Assembly (NCBI GenBank): GCA_051294375.1
Contig: CM119267.1
Coordinates: 19,540,307-19,604,306, forward strand
Source: Paraspadella gotoi
Lineage: Eukaryota; Animalia; Chaetognatha
Direction: 5' to 3'
Length of the DNA: 64,000 nt
Positions 48,200-59,211 of the stretch are shown here, piece after piece. Position numbers and translations under genes: made by a program. Within the stretch, counting starts at the first letter, position 1; each line of letters opens with the position of its first letter. The notes beneath the pieces were generated by a model, which saw only the letters and a list, made by a program, of their open reading frames with translations, searched no databases and was not told the origin of the DNA.

Positions 48200-51100
48200 G
48201 TAGGGGTAGCCGCACTCAATGGGGTGAGTCAAATTTTTGGATAAATTTTTAATTTTAAGACCAGATTCGGATAGCTCATAAAAGTTGTCTACACAAAATA
48301 TAATTCTTTTTTAAATATTTTTATGATAAGTAGGTAAAAAATAAGAAAAACCATAAAAAATCGTTATTATTATCATCTTTTGATGATTTTATCAGTTTTT
48401 TTTTATTTTTACTAAGAAAAGGTAAGAATTTTTAAAAGCTGTAATTATATTTCTTGTTTAACTTTTTATGCTCTATCATAATCCATTAAATTTTTTTTTA
48501 AATTTAAAAAAACACTTTTTTTCTTTATATAGTAATATAATAATTTTAATTCGGCGAGTACCCTCAGAAAAAATCATTTTTGACAAAAAATATTTTAATA
48601 TGCTCACTGATAGATTATTTTAACGTTGTATACATCAGCGTTTAAATTTGATCGGCTACGGCTATCTCAGGGCGCTGCGTTCTCTGCGTCCTCGCCTTTC
48701 ACCTTCTCGTTTCCACCGTCTACGGCGTCGGTGTCCTCGTCAGGAACGCCGGACGTTATCCGCGGTTGTGCCGGACGTGGACGCGAGTGTTGGCGACGGC
48801 TTCGTTGCACGCCGTCGGGCTCGGAATCTTGCCCGTCTCGGTAGACCTGTTTCACGATCATCAAGCGGGAGGGGCAGAGAGAGACAGGTTGGTTCCTTTG
48901 AGTCTAACTTGGGTTTTTTTTTTTAAATGACTCATAAAATAACGATTTAACGACGCGAGGTCACCCATCAACTGGCGTTGGGTGTTCGATAAAATACGAC
49001 GTTTATTATTATCTAATTTTAAATTTTTTTTTTTAAATAGCGAATGTCAAAAACCAATGATTTTTTTTCAAATTCCTAAATCTACAAAGTTTTCGTTCCT
49101 TTTAAAATATTTCAAAAAAAGGAACATCGCTGACAAAGAACGATTCGTGCTGTCAATGAACATGATCCACGTTTTGCTGGAATGTTTTCCTCAAATGCTC
49201 CTTCAGACTGGAACGATAATCGTTTCGCTCACCGGAGGAATATCCGAGGTTGGTTCCATCTTCCGACTCTTGAGATGTACAACCAATTTGACAATTAATC
49301 ATTCGTAAATAAGCTATCTTGCCCCGGACTTTGTACCTACTATGGTGGATTAAGTCTTCCGTCACTATTACAAATACTACTATGCGTATGTAAAATAGCA
49401 GGACTTTGCAAGCTTTCAATCAAGACTCTCTCCCAGGTGAGTTTCTTAACTCCCTGGGACCAAAGTAAACGGCTTCACAATCAAATCAATAAAAGGATCA
49501 CTCTCTCAATTATAATATTGGAGATTATTAATATTATGCAATTGGTACAATTTTTTTCTACGCCCCCTCCCCCCCCAACCACAGATTTGTCTCCGCAACT
49601 ATGAGACTCGCGGATACGATCTCTACCGCATGGAAAAGGCGGGCAATCTGACGGCGACCAACGAATTGTGCAATTGCTGGCAATACGAATACGTCTTCGA
49701 CTACGGCGGCCGGGAGTGTCGTTGGCGATTCTCCGAACACGTCTTGGTCTTTTCCGTTTTGACTTCGACGGTTTCTTTAGCCAAGGGGGCGGCCATGTTT
49801 CGAGAGAGCGTCCTGGTCGCCAACGGCGTCCGCCTAGCGACGGTTCCGATGAAGGTCAGCACCTTCTTGGGCACGCTTCAAGGGGTCAGCGGCGTCTCCG
49901 TCGCCCTCTACGTCATTTTCGTCAACTCTCTCACGAGTTCCCTTTTGTTTCTTTGTTTCACTCCTTTTATTTTACTCCGGGTTTTCACGATAGAGGACGT
50001 CTCGGCGTTGATGAACGATCTCCGCCGTAATTTTGCCGCGAAGGATCGAAAGTCCGTCGAGAATAAGCGATTAGTTGCGGTGAACAAGTTTCAACTGATC
50101 CTCTTTTCGCTCTTCAATGTTTTTCTCTTTTCTTGGGTCTTTAATTTCGAGAAACATCTCTTCATCAACGATTACCTGATAGAACACCCCACTTACCATT
50201 ACGTCAAGGGCGGATTGTCTAAACTAATGATACAAAAAATACCCAAAATGAAACAATTCCAAGCAGTTTATGTTCCATCTCTGAAGAAACACGTCTCCTG
50301 CCACACTTACTACAACGCGTATAGAAACGAGTTTATGAAAGAAAATTGTTTAAATCCCACATATACATTTTACCTGAAAGGAAAAACCTACAAGATGCCC
50401 GCTCGGCCGACGTGGTACACTAAGATGGGAAACTACGTCATCTTCAGGCAGAATTTTCAAACTCACACGATCATGTTGCTGATAGATTTTTTCTTGGGCC
50501 TTTTTTACTCGGCCACTTTGATCGATAAGCAACTACCGGTTCGTACGATAGTTTACTGGGCTATCATAACTCTCGTTACACTGTCCGTTCTGATTCTGAA
50601 CGTAATTTTTTCGAGCACCTTGTATCACATTCTGGACGAGAGACTGTACGTGCACAAAATGCGTCCATTCGAGAGCGACCTCTACTTTGGCGGGAAAGTT
50701 TTCGGGTATTTGTCTGTCTCTTCGTCTTTGGTCTTTGTCTTAATCTTTCTCCGACGACTGATTTTCAAACCGCAAAGACGAGTTACGCTCCCAATCGCCT
50801 GGTTCATCTTGATCACCTTGTCAGCCGTCCTACCTTGGGCCGCCTGGTCATCGAGACAAGAATCCGAGGCTCGTGATCATGTCGTTAGCGAGTACGTGCA
50901 CTGGTGCAACCGTACGGACCCCGTACTGAGTTTCGACGAAGAATCCGCGCTGTACGATCGAGTACGACTCCGTCTTTTCAACTTCATCGTACTGAGAGAA
51001 AACTTTTTCTTTTTCGTTTGCGTCTCTTTTTTCCCGATTTTCGTTCTCGTCGACGTCGCGTCGAAGTTGGCGTGGCCTTCGTTTCGATCGTCGCGTTCAT

Positions 51101-51636
51101 CGTCGCGCGTCGTTCGATCGTTGGTCTTCGTCGCGATTATCGTCGTCTTCGTCGTCTTCTACGTCAGCGAAGAGATTTTGCCTCGTTATTCGTCGTCGGC
51201 GCCGAAGAAAACGACGGTGACGAATTTCGTGGCGCCGATTCGAAGCTTCGCGGTGGGCGTGGCCAAAGGGACGCAACTGCCCAAATCAGAGTACGTCTCG
51301 CCGTTGTTTCCGAGTCTCGGTCTGTTGACCGACCGCCTGATGCACTGGCGCCAGTTGCAGCAAGCCAACGGATTCGCCAGCCCGGTCTACGTCGGCTACG
51401 CTAGATCGGTGGACCTCAAAGTCATTGGTCCTCTTTGGAAAGTTGTGTCGGACAGACTGACCAAGAGTCTGGCTTATTGGAAGAGAGTCGATCGAGAGCG
51501 GGAATTGCAGATGGACGAGTCGAGAGTTCGTCGCTTCGCGCGAGAGATCGATCATTTCTTGCGAGATGATTCCGGTTTTCTCACTTTGGTTTATATCGTC
51601 ACTCCTGCGATTTTCTTCTTAACTTTTTACGATTGA
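48079..51636 (+). CDS. XK-related (Xkr/CED-8 family) multipass membrane protein, putative phospholipid scramblase-like; 4 exons 48079-48199, 48671-48887, 49122-49248, 49585-51636; 838 aa
   Basis: All three introns are GT..AG and the phases (1, 2, 0) join into one open frame of 2517 nt ending TGA. The translation has XK-family motifs in the expected order: LAVADLATDLHVMIKY (cf. D..tD.....Y), LHAVGLGIL, LLECFPQMLLQ (cf. FLESAPQLxLQ), SVLTSTVSLAKG. Family recognised by eye; no orthologue assigned. Confidence 0.8.
48255..48590 (+). mobile_element. AT-rich dispersed repeat (MITE-like) in intron 1 of the XK gene
   Basis: CTACACAAAATATAATTCTTTTTTAAATATT...GAAAAACCATAAAA...CATCTTTTGA...TACCC aligns with 9544-9790 and, in reverse, with 8580-8825. 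Confidence 0.55.
48671..48887 (+). CDS. XK-related protein exon 2 (GRCVLCVLAFHLLVSTVYGVGV...LHAVGLGILPVSVDLFHDHQAGGAERD)
   Basis: Acceptor CTCAG| at 48670, donor AG|GTTGGT at 48888; open frame with GC3-rich codons. This frame is not in the ORF track. Confidence 0.75.
49122..49248 (+). CDS. XK-related protein exon 3 (NIADKERFVLSMNMIHVLLECFPQMLLQTGTIIVSLTGGISE)
   Basis: Acceptor AAAG| at 49121, donor GAG|GTTGGT at 49249; carries the E..PQ..LQ signature. Confidence 0.8.
49585..51636 (+). CDS. XK-related protein exon 4 (large terminal exon containing ORF 49630-51636)
   Basis: Acceptor CCACAG| at 49584 is in frame with the 668-aa ORF, the only long complex ORF in the window; about 11 hydrophobic segments. 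Confidence 0.9.
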   Translation: MCLRNYETRGYDLYRMEKAGNLTATNELCNCWQYEYVFDYGGRECRWRFSEHVLVFSVLTSTVSLAKGAAMFRESVLVANGVRLATVPMKVSTFLGTLQGVSGVSVALYVIFVNSLTSSLLFLCFTPFILLRVFTIEDVSALMNDLRRNFAAKDRKSVENKRLVAVNKFQLILFSLFNVFLFSWVFNFEKHLFINDYLIEHPTYHYVKGGLSKLMIQKIPKMKQFQAVYVPSLKKHVSCHTYYNAYRNEFMKENCLNPTYTFYLKGKTYKMPARPTWYTKMGNYVIFRQNFQTHTIMLLIDFFLGLFYSATLIDKQLPVRTIVYWAIITLVTLSVLILNVIFSSTLYHILDERLYVHKMRPFESDLYFGGKVFGYLSVSSSLVFVLIFLRRLIFKPQRRVTLPIAWFILITLSAVLPWAAWSSRQESEARDHVVSEYVHWCNRTDPVLSFDEESALYDRVRLRLFNFIVLRENFFFFVCVSFFPIFVLVDVASKLAWPSFRSSRSSSRVVRSLVFVAIIVVFVVFYVSEEILPRYSSSAPKKTTVTNFVAPIRSFAVGVAKGTQLPKSEYVSPLFPSLGLLTDRLMHWRQLQQANGFASPVYVGYARSVDLKVIGPLWKVVSDRLTKSLAYWKRVDRERELQMDESRVRRFAREIDHFLRDDSGFLTLVYIVTPAIFFLTFYD

Positions 51637-51642
51637 ATTAAA
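51637..51642 (+). terminator. Possible polyadenylation signal ATTAAA
   Basis: ATTAAA directly follows the stop codon, upstream of T-rich sequence; the hexamer is common in AT-rich DNA. Confidence 0.25.
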
Positions 51643-52069
51643 GATCACTAATTATATTTAACGACGAATCTTTCTTTTAATTTTCTAATATACTACAGCT
51701 TTTGAATCATAGCGACGCTTTTCAAGTCAAACTGAACAAATTGTTTTCTTGTTTTGTTTTTTCCTCTCGATGAAAAAGAAAAACGTTTATTAAGCTGATA
51801 ATAATGATTAATGATTAATGTGGACTAAAATAGAAACTGGTAGTGAAATTCTATCTGAAATTTTCTTTTCCAATTTGTTTTTATTGTACCGTATTCATTG
51901 CAATAGTTGTTTTGTGGTCAATATTTACCAAATAATCATTGAAAGAAGTAAAACATTTTGATCGTCATTTCTCTTTCATTCAGTCATTAATTTTCAGTTA
52001 TTAATCCAAATTAGTTGAGCGAACTCTTCCCTTCGCTCAAATTAATCTTAAATTCTCGTCGGAACAAGG

Positions 52070-52330
52070 TTATTTTTTTCAGGTGGTCGACGGGGTCTAT
52101 TAGAAGGGGGTGGAGAGTGGATCAGGCTGAACTTAACTATCCGGAACTTCTTTAACCCCCTCTAGCAGCCTTGGAAAGGAACCTGGCCTGAATACTAGGC
52201 TTGTGGGTTTGCACCGCCCCCAAGACGGTTTAGGGCACTCCTCACGCTTCCCGAAGTGTTGGGATTGAACCCGGTACTTAGTGGTCATTCGCTGTTGGCT
52301 TTACTAAATGACCCACCCGGTCACAACTGC
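52070..52330 (-). mobile_element. tRNA-derived SINE-like element
   Basis: Minus strand begins GCAGTTGTGACCGGGTGG (A-box-like, cf. tRNA-Ser GCAGTCGTGGCCGAGTGG), B-box-like GGGTTCAATCCC at 52261-52272, ~190 bp unrelated body, short A tail. No proper cloverleaf. Confidence 0.55.
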
Positions 52331-52533
52331 AGAAAGGTGGTCAGGATGGTGGCGGCGGCGGCGACGGCGGCAACGGCGGCGGCGACGGCGGCAACGGCGG
52401 CGCCGGCGGGAGATGGAAATGGCGCCAGTGGAGGCGGCGATCAAAATGGCGGCGTATACGGCTGCTGCTGCTGCGGCAGAAGCGACGTCTTCCGCTCCGA
52501 TTCGGCGCCGATGATGAATGGGAATCGTATTTA

Positions 52534-52568
<35 letters not shown>

Positions 52569-53334
52569 CGCGGACTCGCCTGGCTTTGTCGTCATAGTCG
52601 GCGTCGTCGTTGTCATCGACGTCGTCGGTGTCAAATTACGAACCTAAAAAAAAAGAACCCCCCCAAAAAAAGGGGAGAAAAATCCTTTGCGGCGCCGGTG
52701 AGCGCGAAACCCGGGAAATGAATCGAAAAGCGACGTCTACCGGCGCCGGTGGGCTTGGGCGGCGCCGCGGGAATCGGCGTCGATTTTGGCGTCGAATTGA
52801 ATTATGAGCGGAAATCGTCTTGTCAAACGAACGGAACGAACAACGGAACAAAAGAAGATGAGTTCAAAATTGTTTTCGGGAATTTTTTTTTTCCTTGTTA
52901 ATTTGATTTTATTTGATTTTTTTTTTTTTTTTTTTTTTTTTCAATATTTCTCCTCTTTCTTTACTTATTTTCTTTCGTTCTTTATTATTATTATATTTCT
53001 TTTACTTTCTTTTTTTTTCTTCGCCTTCTTCTTTTAATTATTATATTTCTTTTACTTTTCTTTCTTTTTCCTACTGATTCTCTTTCTTTATTTCCTTTCT
53101 TCTCTCCTTCATTCTTTCGCTCTTCCTTACTTCTCTTCTTTCATAAAACCTTTTCTCTCTTTATTTCTTTTTTCTCATCATCTCTCTTTCTGTTTTTTTT
53201 TTTCCATCTCTCCCCACCGCTTTCTATATATTTTCTTCTTCTCACTCTCATCTGTCTTCGCGAGTGAAGAACCAAACCTCCTTTTCTCATTCATTGATTC
53301 GCAATTTCGAAGTTCTCTTCTGCCGCGCCATATC

Positions 53335-53418
<84 letters not shown>

Positions 53419-54282
53419 CTCTCTCTCACGTTCGTTTGATCCTCCTGCCAGTTTTTTTTTTCTTTCGCTCACTGAGGCTGACGCCCCGGGAAATCCCTTC
53501 TCCAAAAATAGCCGGGGTTCCCTCGTGTCCGAGGCGACCCCTTTTTCCCCTTTTGCGCCTACAGCTCACCCTATCTCCCCCCAACCCCTCAACCCCTCAA
53601 CCCCCCCATTGCGTCACCCTCGCCACTCCCCCGGGGGCGAGCAACTCGCGTCAAACGTCAAAAATTCGTCGTAAGAATGCCCCCGGGGCACGGCTGCCCC
53701 CGGGGTTTTCATCGACCCTCTGTGGCCCCTCAATATCACCCACCTCCCTCTCCCAGACTTCCTTCTCCTACCCCGCCCTCCCTTTGGTCTCCTCTGGTTG
53801 GAAATTCGAGCGAACCGGAGGAACACGGCCTGAAGCTTCGTCGTCGTCGTCGTTGTCGTCGCCGTCGTCGTCGTCGACGTCGTCGTCGCCGCCTTCCGGT
53901 TCCGAGTCTGGGGTCATTTGTTGCTTTGCTCGCTACTATCACTCTACGTGTTGTCGTAAGCGTCATAAAAAGAGATGCAAATTCAATTAGCGATTTCGAC
54001 TTGGAGAATTTCTAAGTTTTTGAGGGTCAACTTTTGTATTTGTATGTCAAAACCTAAGTAAATGTTTAAAGTTGCTTTTCTATGACTTACGTAGTTACTC
54101 TTATAAATGAAATTTTAATCTATTCTCTCTGATAATTTATTAACGTCAACTACGAAAACTAAACTAACGACGATGCCAATAATGATAAATATTCAATAAT
54201 TTGACGAAATAACCATGGCATAAACCAACAAGTCACGGATCCGACCTCTTCTTTTCTCTCATAGTTCTCTGTTCTCTGTTCT

Positions 54283-54467
54283 CTGTTCCCATTTACGTTA
54301 AAAATGCATATAATTTGCCCATTTGTTAAGTCAGAAAACACCTCAAATCTAAGTGTCTGCTCGAGCATGTCACTTCATGTAGCGTCATGTCATGTAATGT
54401 CATGTCACGAGAAATACTAGTGATAAAGCAGTCACTCCGGCGCAATACTTTTGAATAACTTGTTTAT
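54283..54467 (+). mobile_element. HINE-like element, truncated and internally deleted copy
   Basis: AAAAATGCATATAATTTGCC, CTCAAATCTAAG, (CATGT)n, GCAGTCACTCCGGCGCAA, CTTGTTT. Confidence 0.65.
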
Positions 54468-55576
54468 TATTAAATCTGTATTATTACCATTAGCTTCTTA
54501 ATTTCTTCGTTACACGATGTAGCATAACTTCATATTAATCCTCATAATTATTCTTCTTATTCTCCTCATCCTCTTATTTCTCCATCCGAATGTCCACTTT
54601 TCTTTCCTCCCTTTTCCTCCCTTTAATCCCTCCCCTTAACTTCCTCATGTCAGAGATCTGTCAGAAAATGCGAATGGACGAGAGTCAGGGTTGTGGGCCG
54701 AAGACTGAAGAGGGCGTTCATCGAGGGCGAGAGGGCGAGCCGGGCGCGGGCATTCTTTTGAAGGGGAGTGTGGGCTATCTTCAAGGGCAGGCGGGCAGGC
54801 GGGAAATCAGGCGCGACTGCCAGGTGACTAGCGCCGGTTTCTGGAAGTTGTGAGTGGTACAATGTGGAGTGTATGAGTGGTATGCGTTTTGAAAGGGTCA
54901 AGTGGCAAGTGGCAAGTGGCAACGTTCTTCCGTTTTGTGACGACAGTTTTTTGTTTTGTTTTTTTCAAATTTCCATTTGATATTTATATTCCCCTTTAGA
55001 AGTACAACGTTAGCTACTTAGTGAAAGCGTAACTTATCTCTTATCGTTTAACTCTATTTCTGTTTAACAATACTTTAAGATAAATCTATTTCTTTCCCTA
55101 AAAGCCTTGCCAATTGTTGGCGTGAATTTTCCATCGAGTTAAAACCCTATCGTTTTCACCGCCCTCCTTTAACGATCTTAATAAAAAAATATCACATTTC
55201 ATCGACAATATTCAATTTTAACCAGAAACGTGTCCTCGTGTCACAAACCTGTTATGATTTTACATAAATATCATCAAAAAGCTTAAAACTCTCGAGCAGA
55301 CCATCAGAAAAAAATATTTTTGGGGGGGAAATCAAAACTGAAAAGTCCGCATAAAAGCGAAAAAAAATCAAAAAAAGAGGGAAAAAAATTTTTAAAAAAA
55401 GAAGAGAAAACTTGAACGACATTATCCAAGCTTTTTCCTCCCTATCCTGAGGCCCTTGCCGGAATTTTAGTATCCAATTAGTCAAATTTTTCTGTCTCCT
55501 TCCTTCTCTCTCTCCCTTCCTCTCTCTCTCACTCTCTATCGTTTTCTCTCTCGTTCTCTTTCTTTTTACCACTTTT

Positions 55577-55609
<33 letters not shown>

Positions 55610-55634
55610 NNNNNNNNNNNNNNNNNNNNNNNNN

Positions 55635-58600
55635 AAAAGAGGGATGAAAAGGCTGAGGGAGAGGAAAGGAGGTAAGGGGTTATCGTAAAGGCATAAAATT
55701 GGTTTCAGCTCGTGTTGGACGTCAGGCTGCAAGCGGGAAGTGACGTCGCAACGATTGTGGTTCGCCGCCTTTGACTGCCGACATAAAATTTCTCTAACTC
55801 TCTCTCCTCTCTCTCTCCTCTCTCTCTCTCTCATCTCTCTCTCTCTCTCTCTCGTCTCTCTCGTCTCTCTTTCTCTCTTTTCACGGCGCGCTTTTTGTTT
55901 CCAAATGACGAGGCTGCCAGGTGCAAACCCTTTTATTGGAGACAGCTGAAAAAAATCGACGTCGGGATCCTGAGAGAGAGGGTCAGGAGAGAAGAGAGGG
56001 AAATAATAGGCAGGGGAAGAGAGGAAGGGGTAGAGAAAAGAGGAGAAGTGTATAGGAGATAAGAGGGAAAAAGAGAGTAAGGAAGAAAGTAGGGAAGAAG
56101 GTAACTGAGATAGGGGATGAGACGGTCACAAAACTAAGACGAATAAAGAAAGGAAAGGAGAGAGAGGGAAAAAAAGGAAGGAAGATATTGAGGGAAAGAA
56201 AAAAAGACAAATAGAAAGAACAAGAAAAGGTAGGAACGCATCATTCTTTTTTTTCTTCCTTCCGGCGTCAAAAATTAACTGTTTTAATTAATCGATGAAA
56301 GGCCATTGGCCAAGGTATTTTAATGGCGTCTTGGGTTCTTGGCGTTTGCTTGGTGGATGGGATTGGGGAGTTTCTTTGTTATGGATATCAGCGTATGTGA
56401 GAATCAAAAAAAGATAGTTTTTTTCTTCAATCTATCTTTCAATCGTGTTCGTGTTCGAAATCAATTTTATTAATCATTGTTGATGTTGGACGGTTCCTTT
56501 GTTTCTCTCAAATCCGCTGGGTTTTTTTTTTCAGAGGGACGCTATTCGGTCGGTCGCTTATCGCCAACGTCATTTGTATTTTTCCGAAACTCTTTTCTCG
56601 GGTTCCAAGAGGATTTCTCTTTCTTTTCTACGTCCGTGTTTGAATATATTTTTTTTTCCTTCTCGAGACTTTCAACTTCCGACACCACCGCCCCCTTCCC
56701 GCCCCTCCGCACCCCCTCTGCAAGGGAAGAGAGAGAGAGAGAAAAAAAAGATTCTTTTGCTATTTTTCTTTTTTTCCCTAATTTTAAGTCTGGGGTTTTT
56801 TTTTTTCTCTCTCGAACAAAAACCGAAACCAGGTTGAAACGAGTCTTTCTCTCTCTCTCTTTCTCTCTCTGCTGAAGAAAAAGAATTGAAATCTCAGATT
56901 CTAAGCCAATTCTTTTCTTTTTCTCGACTCGTTGAAACTCCTTGGGTGGGTGTAAATGGTGGGTTTGGTCGTGGTGCGTGGGTGGACACCCACTGGGTGG
57001 TCGCGGGTTGTTCTGGTCGACGGAGAAAAAGAGAGACGCTTCCGATTCCAATTAGTTCTTGAAGAAAAAGGAAAAAAAAAACCAGAAAGTGAGAAAAGTC
57101 GCAAAGTTCCCGACGTCCAGACTTTTTCTTCTTTTCTCTCTTTCTTTGTTTGCACATTATGTCATCGCGTTGGAAGAAAAAAAAAGATGACATTGGTACA
57201 GAGAAAAATATGCTTTTTTTTACAGTGTGTTCTTTTTTTTTTCCTTTTTTTTTTTACAAACTCCTACTTTCCTTTTTTTCATTATTCTTAAAGCCGACAA
57301 GCAGAGGAAATGACTGAACTGGCAGACTCCACTTAAAATTAACAAAAAAGTAGAAAAAGGAAAGAAAGTCAAAACAACCGCGGAAAAAAAAAAGAACAAC
57401 GTTGGCTTTGGCGCCGTTGGAGGCAGAGAAAGAGAGAGAGAGAGAAGAGAGAGGAGAGATGAGAGAGAGAGAGAGAAGTTTTTTTCGCGCGGTTGTTTGA
57501 CTTTCTTCTTCCTTTTCTACTTTTTGTTAATTTTAAGTGGAGTCTGCCAGTCAGTCATTCCTCTGCTTGTCGGCTTTAAGAATAATGAAAAAAAAGAAAG
57601 TAGGAGTTTGTAAAAAAAAAGGAAAAAAAAAGAAACACACTGTAAAAAAAAAGCATATTTTTCTCTGTACCAATGTCATCTTTTTTTTTCTTCCAACGCG
57701 ATGACATAATGTCAAACAAAGAAAGAGAGAAAAGAAGGAAAAAGTCTGGACTCGGGAACTTTGCGACTTTTCTCACTTTCTGGTTTTTTTTTTTCCTTTT
57801 TCTTCAAGAACTAATTGGAATCGGAAGCGTCTCTCTTTTTCTCCGTCGACCAGAACAACCCGCGACCACCCAGTGGGTGGTCCACCCACGCACCACGACC
57901 AAACCCACATTTACACCCACCCAAGGAGTTTCAACGAGTCGAGAAAAAGAAAAGAATTGGCTTAGAATCTGAGATTTCAATTCTTTTTCTCAGCAGAGAG
58001 AGAAAGAGAGAGAGAGAAAGACTCGTTCAACCTGGTTTCGGTTTTTGTTCGAGAGAGAAAAAAAAAAACCCAGACTTAAAATTAGGGAAAAAAAGAAAAA
58101 TACGAAAAGAATCTTTTTTTTCTCTCTCTCTCTCTTCCCTTGAGAGGGGGTGCGGAGGGGCGGGAAGGGGGCGGTGGTTCGGAAGTTGAAAGTCTCGAGA
58201 AGGAAAAAAAAATATATTCAAACACGGACGTAGAAAAGAAAGAGAAATCCTCTTGGAACCCGAGAAAGAGTTTCGGAAAAATACAAATGACGTTGGCGAT
58301 AAGCGACCGAATAGCGTCCCTCTGAAAAAAAAAACCCAGCGGATTTGAGAGAAACAAAGGAACCGTCCAACTCAACAATGCATTATAAAATTGATTTCGT
58401 AACACGAACACGATTGAAAAGATAATTGAAAGAAAAAAACTATCTTTTTTTGATTCTCACATACGCTGATATCATAACAAAGAACTCCCAATCCCATCCA
58501 CCAAGCAACGCCAAGAACCCAAGACGCCATTAAAATACCTTGGCCAATGGCCTTGTCATCGATTAATTAAAACAATTATTTTGACGCGGAAGGAAGAAAT

Positions 58601-58993
58601 AAAAGAATGATGCGTTCCTACCTTTTCTTTGTTCTTTCTATTTGTCTTTTTTCTTTCCCCTCAATATCTTCCTTCCTTTTTTTCCCCTCCTCTCTCCTTC
58701 CTTTCTTTATTCGTCTTAGTTTTTGACCGTCTCTCCCCTATCTCAGTTCCTTCTTCCCTACCTTTCTTCCTTACTCTCTTGTTCCCTCTTATCTCCTATA
58801 CACTTCCTCTCTTTTCTCTCCCCCTTCCTCTCTTTCCCCTTCCTTTATTTTCCCTCTCTTCTCTCTGACCCTCTCTCTCAGGATCCCGACGTCGATTTTT
58901 CAAGCTGTCTTCCAATAAAGGGTTTGCACCTGGCAGCCTCGTCATTTGGAAACAAAAAGCGCGCGTGAAAAGAGAGAAAGAGACGCGAGAGAG

Positions 58994-59042
<49 letters not shown>

Positions 59043-59211
59043 AAGAGAGAGAGAGAGAGAGTTAGAGAGAAATTTATGGTCGGTCAGTCAAAGGGCGGCG
59101 ACCACAATCGGCGACGTCACTTCCCGCTTTGCAGCCTGACCCCAACGAGCTGAACCAATCTTTAGCCTTTACCGATAACCCTTACCTCCTTTCCTCTCCC
59201 TCAGCCTTTTC
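55635..59211. repeat. Inverted duplication, ~1.75 kb arms (55635-57395 / 57478-59211) with ~80 bp spacer
   Basis: GAAAGTCAAAACAACCGCG (~57365) vs CGCGGTTGTTTGACTTTC (~57488); ORF peptides recur on opposite strands (MESEASLFFSVDQNNPRPP). Confidence 0.95.
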
